64,000 nt of DNA from an uncultured Chloroflexia bacterium (GTDB lineage Bacteria; Chloroflexota; Limnocylindria; Limnocylindrales; CSP1-4): contig CAVRGP010000001.1 in assembly GCA_963720755.1 (NCBI GenBank), forward strand, positions 32,001 to 96,000, in the 5' to 3' direction. Made by a program: the position numbers and the translations under genes. The stretch's first letter is position 1. Each line of letters starts with the position of its first letter. Of the stretch, positions 28,531-37,794 are shown piece after piece. The notes beneath the pieces were generated by a model. That model did no database searches. It saw nothing but the letters and a program-made list of their open reading frames with translations, and was not told the origin of the DNA.

Positions 28531-29853
28531 CTAGGGGGCGGGACAACCCTCGGTGAGGGTGGGTTGCGAGACCACGGGGCCAAGCCGGAACCCGTCCGTC
28601 ATCGCCGCGAGGAACGCGGAACGAGTCGTGTCGTCGGCGGCGATCCGCCAGTCGACGTCGGCATTGACCTCGCTCTCGAACTTCCGCCACTCGAACCAAT
28701 TGACGATCCGGATCAGCGGGAATGCCGCCCGTGTCTCGGGCGAGAGGACCTGGCTGAGCCAAGCCGTCTTGATCGATGCCGCCGTCGCGCCGCCGCCCCC
28801 GGGTCGGAAGAACGCGGCCGTCTCGACGATGGCCAGCGGCTTGTCGTACCGCTCCGCGTACCCGGCGTAGAAGTCCGTCGTCGATGCACGACCTGACGAA
28901 CTGGTCCCGGTCAGGAGCTGCGCGAACTTGTCCGGCGTTGGCACGGTGTTGGCGCCCCACGGGTAGGAATCTCCCCAGTGGTACAGACTCATCCCCACCC
29001 AATCCACGTAGGACGCACCCGGCCAGTACGGAGCGTACGGATCGTCCCTGGGTCCGAGCCTGCCGTTCCCATCGGTGTCGAGCGCCTGCGCTGCGGGCGA
29101 CCCGGGCACCGCCTCGTACCTGCCGCCGGAGTACGGATAGCCATCCGCCTGGTTCGGTGCCCACAGCATGGCGGCCGTCGGTGCGGTCGTGTGGACCACA
29201 TCCGAGACCCGTCGGAACGCGGCCACATAGGCAGCCGGGTCCTGGCTCCACGGGTACCACGAGCCGTTCATCTCGTGGGCGAACCGGACGATCGTCGGGA
29301 CGCCGTCCGCGCCGAAGGCCGCCAGCAGCTTGGCCAGTTCGGCGATCGCGCCATCGGTCACAGAGGCGAGCCCGCCCCATGGCTCGAGGGTGACGATCAG
29401 GACGCTGCCGGCGTCGGCAGCCTGGTTGGCGGCGGCAGTCAGGTTGGTCCGGTCGTCGGCCGTCAGCGGGAACGACACGAAGCTGACGACCGTGGCCGGT
29501 GGAGCCCCCAGTGCATCCGCGGCTTGAGCGACGGTCTGCGAGGCCCAGTCGAGGTTCATCCCGACCCACACGCCCGACTCGGGGCCGACGCGTGCGAGCG
29601 CACTGAGATCGGCCGCCGCTTCGGTCGATGGACACGGGGTCGGCGCGACGGTCGGCGACGCGGTCGCGGCAGCCGCTGTGGCGGCGGGTGGCGATACGCT
29701 CGCGACGGCCCGAACCTGAGCCGAGGCATCGCCCGAGCACGCGCTCAGTCCCATGGCGAGCACGACGCCCACGATGAACGTTGTGCCGACGTGGCCATGC
29801 CGTCCCGGGCGGGGCGCGACGAGACGATCCTGGGGCGCGAACTGGCGGGACAT
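28531..29853 (-). CDS. Glycoside hydrolase family 26 lipoprotein
   Basis: Lipobox LSAC; RFAHEMNGSWYPW acid/base; YWPG..YVDWVG; KPLAIVET nucleophile. Confidence 0.88.
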   Translation of the reverse strand: MSRQFAPQDRLVAPRPGRHGHVGTTFIVGVVLAMGLSACSGDASAQVRAVASVSPPAATAAAATASPTVAPTPCPSTEAAADLSALARVGPESGVWVGMNLDWASQTVAQAADALGAPPATVVSFVSFPLTADDRTNLTAAANQAADAGSVLIVTLEPWGGLASVTDGAIAELAKLLAAFGADGVPTIVRFAHEMNGSWYPWSQDPAAYVAAFRRVSDVVHTTAPTAAMLWAPNQADGYPYSGGRYEAVPGSPAAQALDTDGNGRLGPRDDPYAPYWPGASYVDWVGMSLYHWGDSYPWGANTVPTPDKFAQLLTGTSSSGRASTTDFYAGYAERYDKPLAIVETAAFFRPGGGGATAASIKTAWLSQVLSPETRAAFPLIRIVNWFEWRKFESEVNADVDWRIAADDTTRSAFLAAMTDGFRLGPVVSQPTLTEGCPAP

Positions 29854-29927
29854 GGGCCTATCGTTCCCGGGATGGTGGGAAGACGCTATCGCGCAATCGT
29901 CCTAGACCGAGGGGCAGAATGCAGTCC

Positions 29928-30587
29928 ATGGGACCCGGTGGCACGAAGGTGGGTATCGCCGCCGGGATCACCGCTCCGATCACGACCTGGACGCTGAGTG
30001 CCATCGTCATCGCGAGTTGGCCCGGCTACGATCCCGTGTCGCAGTCGATCAGCAGCCTCGTCGGCGCCCCGCTCGGATGGCTCCTGAACGTCGCCTTCGC
30101 GCTCGGCGGCCTGCTTGGTGTCGCGTGGGCCTTCGGCCTTGCCAGCGTGCTGGGCTCGACATCGCGGGATCGCGCCTGGGTCCGCGGCCTGCTCCTCGTT
30201 CAGGCCGGCCTCATCCTGGGCTTCGCCATCCTGCCGACCGACCCCGGCGGATCTCCCACGACGCTGATCGGGCGGCTCCATCTAGTCGATTTCTACCTGT
30301 ACGCGCTGACGATGCCGCTGATCCTCGCCGTGCTGGCGATGGTGATGCGTCGCGATGCCCGGTGGCGGGCCGGCGTCCGGCCGACGGTTCTCGCTGCCAG
30401 CCTTACCGTCATCGCCGCGATCCTCGTCCCGGCGACCGTCGATGGCCCGCTCACCCCGTGGCTCGGACTTCTCGAACGGATCTACGTCGCGATCCCATCG
30501 ATCTGGCAGATCGGCGTCGGCCTGGCTGCCTGGCGACTGACGGCGCCCTCCGGTGGGGCGACATCGCTGGGTCCCCGGACCGAGTAG
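29928..30587 (+). CDS. DUF998-like membrane protein
   Basis: PGYDPVSQSISSL, PTDP, LH, GLLERI. Confidence 0.75.
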   Translation: MGPGGTKVGIAAGITAPITTWTLSAIVIASWPGYDPVSQSISSLVGAPLGWLLNVAFALGGLLGVAWAFGLASVLGSTSRDRAWVRGLLLVQAGLILGFAILPTDPGGSPTTLIGRLHLVDFYLYALTMPLILAVLAMVMRRDARWRAGVRPTVLAASLTVIAAILVPATVDGPLTPWLGLLERIYVAIPSIWQIGVGLAAWRLTAPSGGATSLGPRTE

Positions 30588-30622
30588 CCTCACAGGATCG
30601 CGAATAACGACAGGGAGACGGC

Positions 30623-31096
30623 GTGACGCACGAGTACGTGATCGCGACCGGGGGCATCGTCCTCGGTGCGCCCCAAACCGGCGGCCGTATCCCGACCGCG
30701 GTCGGCTGGGCTGCGGATCGGATCCTGGCGGTCGGGTCGGACGCGGTGGTCACGGCGATCTCACGCGGCGACTCGACGTTCATCGACGTCGAGGGTTGCG
30801 CGATCGGCCCGGCCCCGAACGACCCGGCTGCGGCCGAACGGCTCATCCGCTCGTTGGTAAAAGCGGGCCGCCCATTCGGCACGATCGAGGCCCTGGGCGG
30901 TGCCGGCCTCCTCGAGACGGTCGAGCCGCTCGAAGCTGGAGCCCCGGCCGATCTCGCATTCTGGGACGCCGTCCCGGAAACATCGCCTCGAGCGTCGGGA
31001 TCGACGCTTCGGATCGTCGCGGTCGTCCGCCGTGGGGCGTTCACCGAGGGCGACGAGCACCTCGGACCGTTCAGGCGGGTCGCGCCGTCCGGGTGA
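30623..31096 (+). CDS. Amidohydrolase beta-sandwich-only protein
   Basis: N-terminal DRILAVGSD...IDVEG and C-terminal LEAGAPADLAFWD...IVAVVRRG are joined by ~40 aa; no HxH barrel. Confidence 0.6.
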   Translation: MTHEYVIATGGIVLGAPQTGGRIPTAVGWAADRILAVGSDAVVTAISRGDSTFIDVEGCAIGPAPNDPAAAERLIRSLVKAGRPFGTIEALGGAGLLETVEPLEAGAPADLAFWDAVPETSPRASGSTLRIVAVVRRGAFTEGDEHLGPFRRVAPSG

Positions 31097-32270
31097 CAGG
31101 GTCCAGCGCATCCGACGGCACCACGGACGTGGACGCCGGCAGGAGCCAGCGGAACAGGATCGGGGTCACGGTCGCCGTCGCCGCCGCCAGGATGATGATC
31201 TCCGACTCGAGCCGGGCGTCGAGCAGCCCGAGCTGCACCCCGAGGGCAGCGACCACGATGATCAGCGACAGCCGGGCCGACAGCAGGACGCCGGCCGCGA
31301 TGGCTTCCCGAACCGTGTGGCGGCGACCGACGAGCAGGAGCGACGGGACGACTTTCACGGCGATGGCCACTACGAACAGGGCGAGCGTGGCGAGCAGGGC
31401 CTCCGGGTCGGCGATAGCGTCGAGCTGGAAGCGGATCCCGACGCTGATGAAGAAGATCGGGATGAGGAAGCCGTAGGCGAACCCGGTCAGCTTCCGATCC
31501 AGGCCGCCGCGATTGCGGAACACGGCAGCGAAGCTCATCCCGGCCAGGAAGGCCCCGAGGATCGGCTCGATGCCGAGCGCCAGGGCGAGGCCGACGAAGA
31601 TCAACATCAGCGCGAGCGCGAACCGGATCCCGACTTCGTCGGGATCATCGACGTCGAACAGGCGGCCGAACCGTTCCGGCCACCACCACGCGGCCCGTCG
31701 CAGGGTGAACAGGGTCGCAACAGCGATCACCAGGAATGCGGGGAGTGCCAGCAATCGCGGACCGAAGCCGAATTCGGTCACGAGCGCGACGACGGTGACG
31801 GCCAGCAGGGTCAGGAAGTCCGCCAGCAGCGCGTTGACCAGGATGTCCTGACCGAGCGGCGATGCGATCCTGCGCGTCGCGCGCAGGGTCGGCACGACGA
31901 GGCCGACGGACGTCGTGGACAGCACAAGTGTCAGGAAGATGCTCAGACCGAGCAGTTGCGCGACGACCCACGAGCAGGCGACCGTGGCCGCGAAGACGGC
32001 CAGACCGAATGCGATCGGACGTGTCCCCTGGCGTTCGAACACGCCGAGATCGATCTCGAAACCGGACAGGAACAGGAGCATCAGGAAACCAAGTTCGGCC
32101 AGCGCCGTCGTGAGCTCGTTCGGGTAGAGGATCCCGAGCATCGGACCGGCGACGATCCCGAACACGATCTCGAGGACCACGGCGGGAAGGCCCAGCTGGC
32201 CGGCGATCAGGGGCAGGACGAACGCGGCGGCCGCGATCAGGATGAGCGTGCCGGCGCTCTCAGGCGTCAC
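31071..32270 (-). CDS. Cation:proton antiporter (CPA2)
   Basis: LPAVVLEI, LFLSGFEID, STTSVG, PIFFISVG; many TMs. Confidence 0.92.
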   Translation of the reverse strand: MTPESAGTLILIAAAAFVLPLIAGQLGLPAVVLEIVFGIVAGPMLGILYPNELTTALAELGFLMLLFLSGFEIDLGVFERQGTRPIAFGLAVFAATVACSWVVAQLLGLSIFLTLVLSTTSVGLVVPTLRATRRIASPLGQDILVNALLADFLTLLAVTVVALVTEFGFGPRLLALPAFLVIAVATLFTLRRAAWWWPERFGRLFDVDDPDEVGIRFALALMLIFVGLALALGIEPILGAFLAGMSFAAVFRNRGGLDRKLTGFAYGFLIPIFFISVGIRFQLDAIADPEALLATLALFVVAIAVKVVPSLLLVGRRHTVREAIAAGVLLSARLSLIIVVAALGVQLGLLDARLESEIIILAAATATVTPILFRWLLPASTSVVPSDALDPVTRTARPA

Positions 32271-33688
32271 GATCGGTCCTGATCCGGGACGACCACGACA
32301 GAGGTGCCGATGCGGGAAACGATGTGGCCGGTCAATCCCGGCATCAGAAGGTTCCTCGCCCCGCCCCCGAGTCCGAGGACCACCAGACGATCGGGCTCGA
32401 TGGCTCCGAACACGCGGACGGGGTTGCCCGTCTCGACCCTGCCATCGACGTGCACGCCCTGGACCGACGCTTCCCCGCGGATCCGGGCGACTGCCCGGCG
32501 GACGTCGGCGATGTCGGAATCACCGGCCACGAAGCTTGGCGGGACGACCCCGAGACCCTCCAGGGGCAGGCCCGATCGGGCTGCCAGATCGATCGCCGTC
32601 CAGGCGGCCCGCCAGCCGCCGATGCTGTCGCGGGCCGGCGTGACGATCCCGGTGAACGGCCTGGTGCCGGCCGTCAGGAAGGCCGGCATCCGGGCCCGGC
32701 TCAATGCCTGGAGCGTCCTGACGGTGCGGATCCGGCCCCGGGGTTTCGGCGCGATGACGACCCCGATGCTCTCCGTCTCCGCGAGTTCCAACAGCCCCGA
32801 CAGGCCCGGCGACCCGACCTGCGGCTCGATCCCGTCGGCCATCTGACCGAGCCGCTCCAACATGGCGTCGAGCTGCGCGGATCGTTCGTCGCCAAGCGCC
32901 GTCGGGTCGTCATGGACGACGAGCAGCCCCTCGGCCGCCGTTTCGCGGGTGAAGGCAACGGCATCCATGACGATCGTTTCCGCGTCACCGCCCGAGCCGA
33001 TCCAGACCGCAGCCTTGCGTCCTCGATGGAGTGGGAAGTGAGCCACCCCACCGGTGAACGTCGCGACCATGGTGCTGTAGTCCGCGGCCGCTCCGACGAC
33101 CGTGACCAGATCGTTGGCCCGCAACTCAGTCGTCCCATGCGGCACGATGAGCTGGTCGTTCCGGAGAATGGCTGCCACCAACCAGGGCGTCTCCCCGAGA
33201 TCGCGAAGCATCCGGCCCCGAAGCGGCGAGTCCGGCGAGATGCGGAATTCGACGGCTTCTGCTCGCCCGTTCGCGAACGCGGCCGACGCAACTCGTCGGG
33301 GTTCGAGGTTGATCTCGACGTCCCGAGCGGCAAGGCGAGCCGGGGAGATCGGTACGACCCCGAGCTTCCGCAGTGCCGCGGAGCGCTCAGGATCGTCCAC
33401 GATCGCCACGACCCGATCGACGTCGGCGGCCAGTGCCAGTCGGCAGACTTCGACCGTGACGTCATCGTCGCCGGTCCCCGCGATGAGAGCATCGGCCTCG
33501 GCCAAGCCGGCGCGTTCGAGCACGACCCGACTGGATCCGTCCCCGATCACCGGCGTGACCGGCCTGATATCCGCCATCCGCGCGACGTGGTCGGGGTCTG
33601 GGTCGATCACGACGACGTCCCAGCGTTCGCCGATCCTGGCGAGCGCTGCCCGCGTCACTTCACTCGCACCGACCACGATGACCCGCAT
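32267..33688 (-). CDS. TrkA-N/TrkA-C (RCK) protein with USP-like C-terminal region
   Basis: MRVIVVGA, GDGS..VLERAG, IVPHGTTELRANDLV; tail VETGNP...LVVLG...SVVVVP. Confidence 0.85.
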   Translation of the reverse strand: MRVIVVGASEVTRAALARIGERWDVVVIDPDPDHVARMADIRPVTPVIGDGSSRVVLERAGLAEADALIAGTGDDDVTVEVCRLALAADVDRVVAIVDDPERSAALRKLGVVPISPARLAARDVEINLEPRRVASAAFANGRAEAVEFRISPDSPLRGRMLRDLGETPWLVAAILRNDQLIVPHGTTELRANDLVTVVGAAADYSTMVATFTGGVAHFPLHRGRKAAVWIGSGGDAETIVMDAVAFTRETAAEGLLVVHDDPTALGDERSAQLDAMLERLGQMADGIEPQVGSPGLSGLLELAETESIGVVIAPKPRGRIRTVRTLQALSRARMPAFLTAGTRPFTGIVTPARDSIGGWRAAWTAIDLAARSGLPLEGLGVVPPSFVAGDSDIADVRRAVARIRGEASVQGVHVDGRVETGNPVRVFGAIEPDRLVVLGLGGGARNLLMPGLTGHIVSRIGTSVVVVPDQDRS

Positions 33689-33776
33689 CGAACCCCTCCG
33701 AACCGAAGTCCCCAGGGGGCCTATTCTCGGGCCTGCCGGCCGCCGCGGTCAGGTTCCTGGGCACCGGGATGAACCC

Positions 33777-33807
33777 TTGACCTTCTAGTGACTTGAAGGT
33801 GTACGGT
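33777..33807 (+). promoter_or_regulatory. MerR-type promoter/operator
   Basis: -35 TTGACC, 19-bp spacer, -10 TACGGT; dyad ACCTTC-N9-GAAGGT (33780-33800). Confidence 0.85.
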
Positions 33808-33813
33808 TCGGCC

Positions 33814-34656
33814 ATGAAAGTGTCCGAACTCGCCGAACAGGCCGGTATCTCGAGTTCTGCCGTGCGCTGGTACGAGTCCGTCGGCATCCTGCCACCGGCC
33901 AGCCGCCGGGCCAACGGCTACCGCGAGTACGCGGATGACGACCTGGCTCGGCTGCGGCTCATCGTCAGTCTGCGTCGGCTTGGCCTCGGACCCGAGGACG
34001 CCGGCCGAGTGGCCCGCCTGTGCCTCGAGCATGGCGACGTGGATCGAGACCTGGCGCCGTTGATCGCCGAGCAACGGGCCGCGATCGCCCGGCAGCGCAT
34101 CGACCTCGACCGTCTCGACAGCGAACTTGTCGACCTCGAAGCAACCATCGCCGCTGCGGGGATCGCCCGCGGAGCCAGGAAGGAACGACCGATGACCGAA
34201 ACCCCCATCCGAGTCCTGTTCGTGTGCACCGGGAACAGTGCCCGCAGCCAGATCGCCGAGGCGCTGCTTGGCCGCCTTGGTGGCCCGGACTTCGAGGTCT
34301 ATTCCGCGGGAACGGAGCCGAAGGGCGTGAACCCGTACACCGTCCGCGTGCTTGCCGAAAGCGGGATCGACTGGTCCACGGCCGAAAGCAGATCGGTGGA
34401 CGCATTCCTGGGCGAGTCGTTCGACTACGTGGTCACGGTCTGTGACCGCGCCCGACAGTCGTGTCCCGTCTTCCCGGGCTCGTACAACTCGCTGCATTGG
34501 GGTCTCGAGGACCCGGCCGAGGTCGAAGGATCAGACGCGGAGCGGCTGGCGGCATTCCGGCAGACGTCGGTCGAGCTCGGCCAGCGGATCCGTCCATTCA
34601 TCGAAGTCGCCCTGCGGGCGGCCGGGCGCACCCGGCGAGCGTCGATCGCGGGTTGA
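33814..34656 (+). CDS. arsC: MerR-family HTH in frame with thioredoxin-type arsenate reductase (LMW-PTP fold)
   Basis: MKVSELA...VRWYE...NGYREY, then FVCTGNSARSQIAE and TVCDRARQSCP, HW.LEDP. Confidence 0.85.
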   Translation: MKVSELAEQAGISSSAVRWYESVGILPPASRRANGYREYADDDLARLRLIVSLRRLGLGPEDAGRVARLCLEHGDVDRDLAPLIAEQRAAIARQRIDLDRLDSELVDLEATIAAAGIARGARKERPMTETPIRVLFVCTGNSARSQIAEALLGRLGGPDFEVYSAGTEPKGVNPYTVRVLAESGIDWSTAESRSVDAFLGESFDYVVTVCDRARQSCPVFPGSYNSLHWGLEDPAEVEGSDAERLAAFRQTSVELGQRIRPFIEVALRAAGRTRRASIAG

Positions 34657-34735
34657 TGGGTCGTGGTTGCGGCTCGCGGGGCCGGGACCCATCATCGGGA
34701 CAACGAGAGACCCGGGCCGGATCGGAGGCGAGACC

Positions 34736-35668
34736 GTGACATTCGATGTGACCCAGGTGCCCGACGCCACCGGCCGATCGGTGGTGCCGCTGCGGTTCGG
34801 CTTGTTCCTCAGCCAGGCGAACCGAGCGTGGGCCCAGGTCCTGGACGACGTGCGCGAGGCCGAGGATCTCGGGTTCGATCATGCGTGGCTGGTCGATCAC
34901 CTCGTCGACACGGACGGACTGCCGGAAGACGGCTGTCTCGAGGGCTGGACCCTGCTCGCGGCGATCGCCGCCCGGACGAGTCGGATCCGCCTGGGGATCC
35001 TCGTCTCGAGCAACACCTTCCGGCACCCGGCATTGCTGCTCAAGGAGGCCGTGACCGTTGACCACATCAGCGACGGCCGGGTCATCCTCGGGATCGGCAC
35101 CGGATGGCATGAAGATGAGCATCGGCGCTACGGCATCGACCTCCCACCGCCGCCCGAACGGGTCGATCGCTTCGAGGAAGCCGTCAAGATGATCAGCCTC
35201 CTGATGGGCCAGGATCGGACGACGTTCACGGGGACGCACTACCGGTTGGACGACGCCCGACTCCGACCGCCTCCGGTCCAACGCCCGCGGATCCCGATCC
35301 TGATCGCCGCCCACCGACCGCGGATGCTGCGGATCGCCGCGCGGTACGCCGATCAGTGGGATACCTTCGCGGCCAAGCCGGGGACGGCCACGGACGGCGT
35401 GGAGGCGGAGATCTCCGAGCGGATCGCGCGGCTCGATGCCGAATGTCGGGCCATCGGCCGCGATCCGACGGAGATCCGTCGGTCGACCTGGGCGTCCGAG
35501 GACGTCCTGGGCTCCACCGACGCCTACCTGGACTTCGTCCGGCGCCACCGGGCACTTGGATTCACGGACTTCTCGACCGTTCGCCCGGCGCCTGGCGATG
35601 AAGGTGTCCTCCGCACGATCGCCCGGGAGATCATCCCTGGGATCCGCTCGGGTGCGATCCCCGTCTGA
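34736..35668 (+). CDS. LLM-class flavin-dependent oxidoreductase
   Basis: GFDHAWLVDH, EGWTLLAA, FRHPALL, GRVILGIGTGW. Confidence 0.92.
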   Translation: MTFDVTQVPDATGRSVVPLRFGLFLSQANRAWAQVLDDVREAEDLGFDHAWLVDHLVDTDGLPEDGCLEGWTLLAAIAARTSRIRLGILVSSNTFRHPALLLKEAVTVDHISDGRVILGIGTGWHEDEHRRYGIDLPPPPERVDRFEEAVKMISLLMGQDRTTFTGTHYRLDDARLRPPPVQRPRIPILIAAHRPRMLRIAARYADQWDTFAAKPGTATDGVEAEISERIARLDAECRAIGRDPTEIRRSTWASEDVLGSTDAYLDFVRRHRALGFTDFSTVRPAPGDEGVLRTIAREIIPGIRSGAIPV

Positions 35669-35678
35669 CGCCTCGGGC

Positions 35679-37184
35679 CTATCTGGCTCCGAGCAGCGAT
35701 GGCTCGCTCGACAACTGGGACGTGACATCGGCGAGCGCTGCTGTGAGGATGCGGGCCAGCTTCAGGTCAACATCGGAACCGTCATCACAGGCCAGGTGGT
35801 AGCACGGGGCCGCGGGCAGGCCCGGCGTCGATCCGGACGCGGCCGCCTGATCCGTGGACACGATCTCGTTCGCCCCGGAGAACACGCCCGCGACCGGGAC
35901 CCCGGCCTGCTGGAACGGCCAGTGGTCCGATGCGCCACCGACCGTGATCGTGACCGGGGTCCCGCCGGCTCGCTCGACGGCGGCAAGGAGCAGGTCTCGA
36001 ACCGTGTCAGAGCCGGCCGGCGCACCCGTCTCGTCGTAGACGCCGGCATACCCGTTGGTCGAGGCGACCATGTCCGCGTTCAGGTAGACGCGGATGGCCT
36101 GTCGCTCCTCGGCCGACAGGCCCTGCACGTAGTGGAAGGATCCGTGCAGGCCCGTCTCCTCGGCACCCCAAAGGGCAAGGCGGACGGTCGCGACGAGGTG
36201 GCGATCGGCGAGGGCCCGGGCGATCTCGAGTATCGCGGCGACGCCGGATCCGTTGTCATTGATGCCGGGGCCATCGAAGACGGAGTCGAGATGCGCGCCC
36301 AGCATGATCACGGCGCCCGGCGAACTTCCCGGGAGGTCGGCGATGATCGATCGGGTCGGCCCGTTCGTGGCTGAGACGCGTGTCACCAGCCTGGCCGTGC
36401 CACCAGCGGCCGCCACGGTCGCCAGTCTCTCGATGACCGGCTGGGTCGCGGCGATCGCCGGGATCGCGAGTCCGTCGGGGTCGATCAACGTCGGCCGCAG
36501 GACGTCGCCGCCCGCCATGCCCGGGTAACCCGCGATGAACCCGGCAGCCCCGGCCCGCTGGGCCGCGATGACCTGGTCGCGTCGATAGCACCCGCCGGGC
36601 GGAACGAGAACGATCGCTCCGGCCGGAAGCGCGCCGTAGCCGGTCGCATCGCAACCCTTGCCGGTGGATGCCGGAGCCTCCCAGTCGATCGCCACGATCG
36701 GCCCTTCGACATCGCCGCCCGGGGCGAAGATGAGCGGCGCGACGTCGCCCATCGCGTACGTCTGTCCGCCGACGACGAGCTTGGACCCACCACTGTCAAC
36801 GAATACACCCGTGGTGAACGTGTCCTCCCGCACCTGCCATCCAGCCGAGGTGAGGTCGGCCGCGACGAGGTCTGCCGCCGCGCCGTACCCGGTCGAGCCG
36901 ACGGCACGGAACCCATCGGTCTCGCCCGAGACCGCGGCCAGCGCGTCGAGATGCGCGCGAAGCCCGTCCTCGGTGATGGCGCCGAGGTCCGCGACCGGCG
37001 GCACCGTCAGCGTGGGGGCCGCGGTCGGCGTCGCGAGCGCGGTCCGGGCCGTGGGTGAAGGAGGCGGTGACGGCGCCGAGCCGCAGGCCCCGAGGAGGAC
37101 GGACATCGACAAGAGGACCGCAGCGCCTGCGGCTCGAGTCAGGTCGACGCCTGGGCGGCCACGCGCCCGTTCAGTTGATCTCAC
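35679..37184 (-). CDS. M28 aminopeptidase with PA domain, lipoprotein
   Basis: LGAC lipobox; GAHLDSV, GINDNGSG, WGAEETG, NADM, SDHWPF, CYHLACD; start approximate. Confidence 0.9.
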   Translation of the reverse strand: MRSTERARGRPGVDLTRAAGAAVLLSMSVLLGACGSAPSPPPSPTARTALATPTAAPTLTVPPVADLGAITEDGLRAHLDALAAVSGETDGFRAVGSTGYGAAADLVAADLTSAGWQVREDTFTTGVFVDSGGSKLVVGGQTYAMGDVAPLIFAPGGDVEGPIVAIDWEAPASTGKGCDATGYGALPAGAIVLVPPGGCYRRDQVIAAQRAGAAGFIAGYPGMAGGDVLRPTLIDPDGLAIPAIAATQPVIERLATVAAAGGTARLVTRVSATNGPTRSIIADLPGSSPGAVIMLGAHLDSVFDGPGINDNGSGVAAILEIARALADRHLVATVRLALWGAEETGLHGSFHYVQGLSAEERQAIRVYLNADMVASTNGYAGVYDETGAPAGSDTVRDLLLAAVERAGGTPVTITVGGASDHWPFQQAGVPVAGVFSGANEIVSTDQAAASGSTPGLPAAPCYHLACDDGSDVDLKLARILTAALADVTSQLSSEPSLLGAR

Positions 37185-37794
37185 GCTCGGCCCTCCATGG
37201 CGTGGGGCCAGTGAAGTCGAGATACCGGGTCCAACGCAACTCGATGGTCCCGCCCCCGACGATCCCGCCCGGCAGGGTCCCAAGATGGAGGCGGATCGAG
37301 TGGTAGTGCCGTGGCGATCGCGCGACGGCCTCGGCGTGCCGTGGATCGTGGCCCCAGCCGCGCTCGTGGCCCAGATCGGCGAACACGACCAGGTTGCCCC
37401 AGCCGATCCCCGGCCAATGGACGTTGTAGTAGACGAGCGGATTCTCGTCCGCCGCCATGTCGGCGATGAGCTCGGACTCGAGGTCCACGATCGGCTGGTG
37501 GTCGACGTCCATCCGGGCCTGTCCGAAGAACCCGACCACGATCATGTCGCCGGGACCGCCCGCCCTCGCGACATCGGTCAGGACGATCCGGTGGATGCCC
37601 TGATCCGACGGATGGACGAACCGGTCATCCCGGCTCCGACCCATCGCTAGACCGGTCTCGTCGCCGGTCACGGCCTCCAGGTGGTGACGCAACGAGTCGA
37701 GCATCCGATCGAGGATCTCCAGGTCGGCGGCCGTCGCACGAAGATCCGTGAACGGTCTGCCGGGGACGGCGTCGGTCGGGCCGATCGTGATCAT
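37171..37794 (-). CDS. Hypothetical protein, possibly ABM-like dimeric alpha/beta barrel
   Basis: Coupled within the operon; VGFFG...GNLVVF...WGHDPRHAEAV. Confidence 0.65.
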   Translation of the reverse strand: MITIGPTDAVPGRPFTDLRATAADLEILDRMLDSLRHHLEAVTGDETGLAMGRSRDDRFVHPSDQGIHRIVLTDVARAGGPGDMIVVGFFGQARMDVDHQPIVDLESELIADMAADENPLVYYNVHWPGIGWGNLVVFADLGHERGWGHDPRHAEAVARSPRHYHSIRLHLGTLPGGIVGGGTIELRWTRYLDFTGPTPWRAEREIN

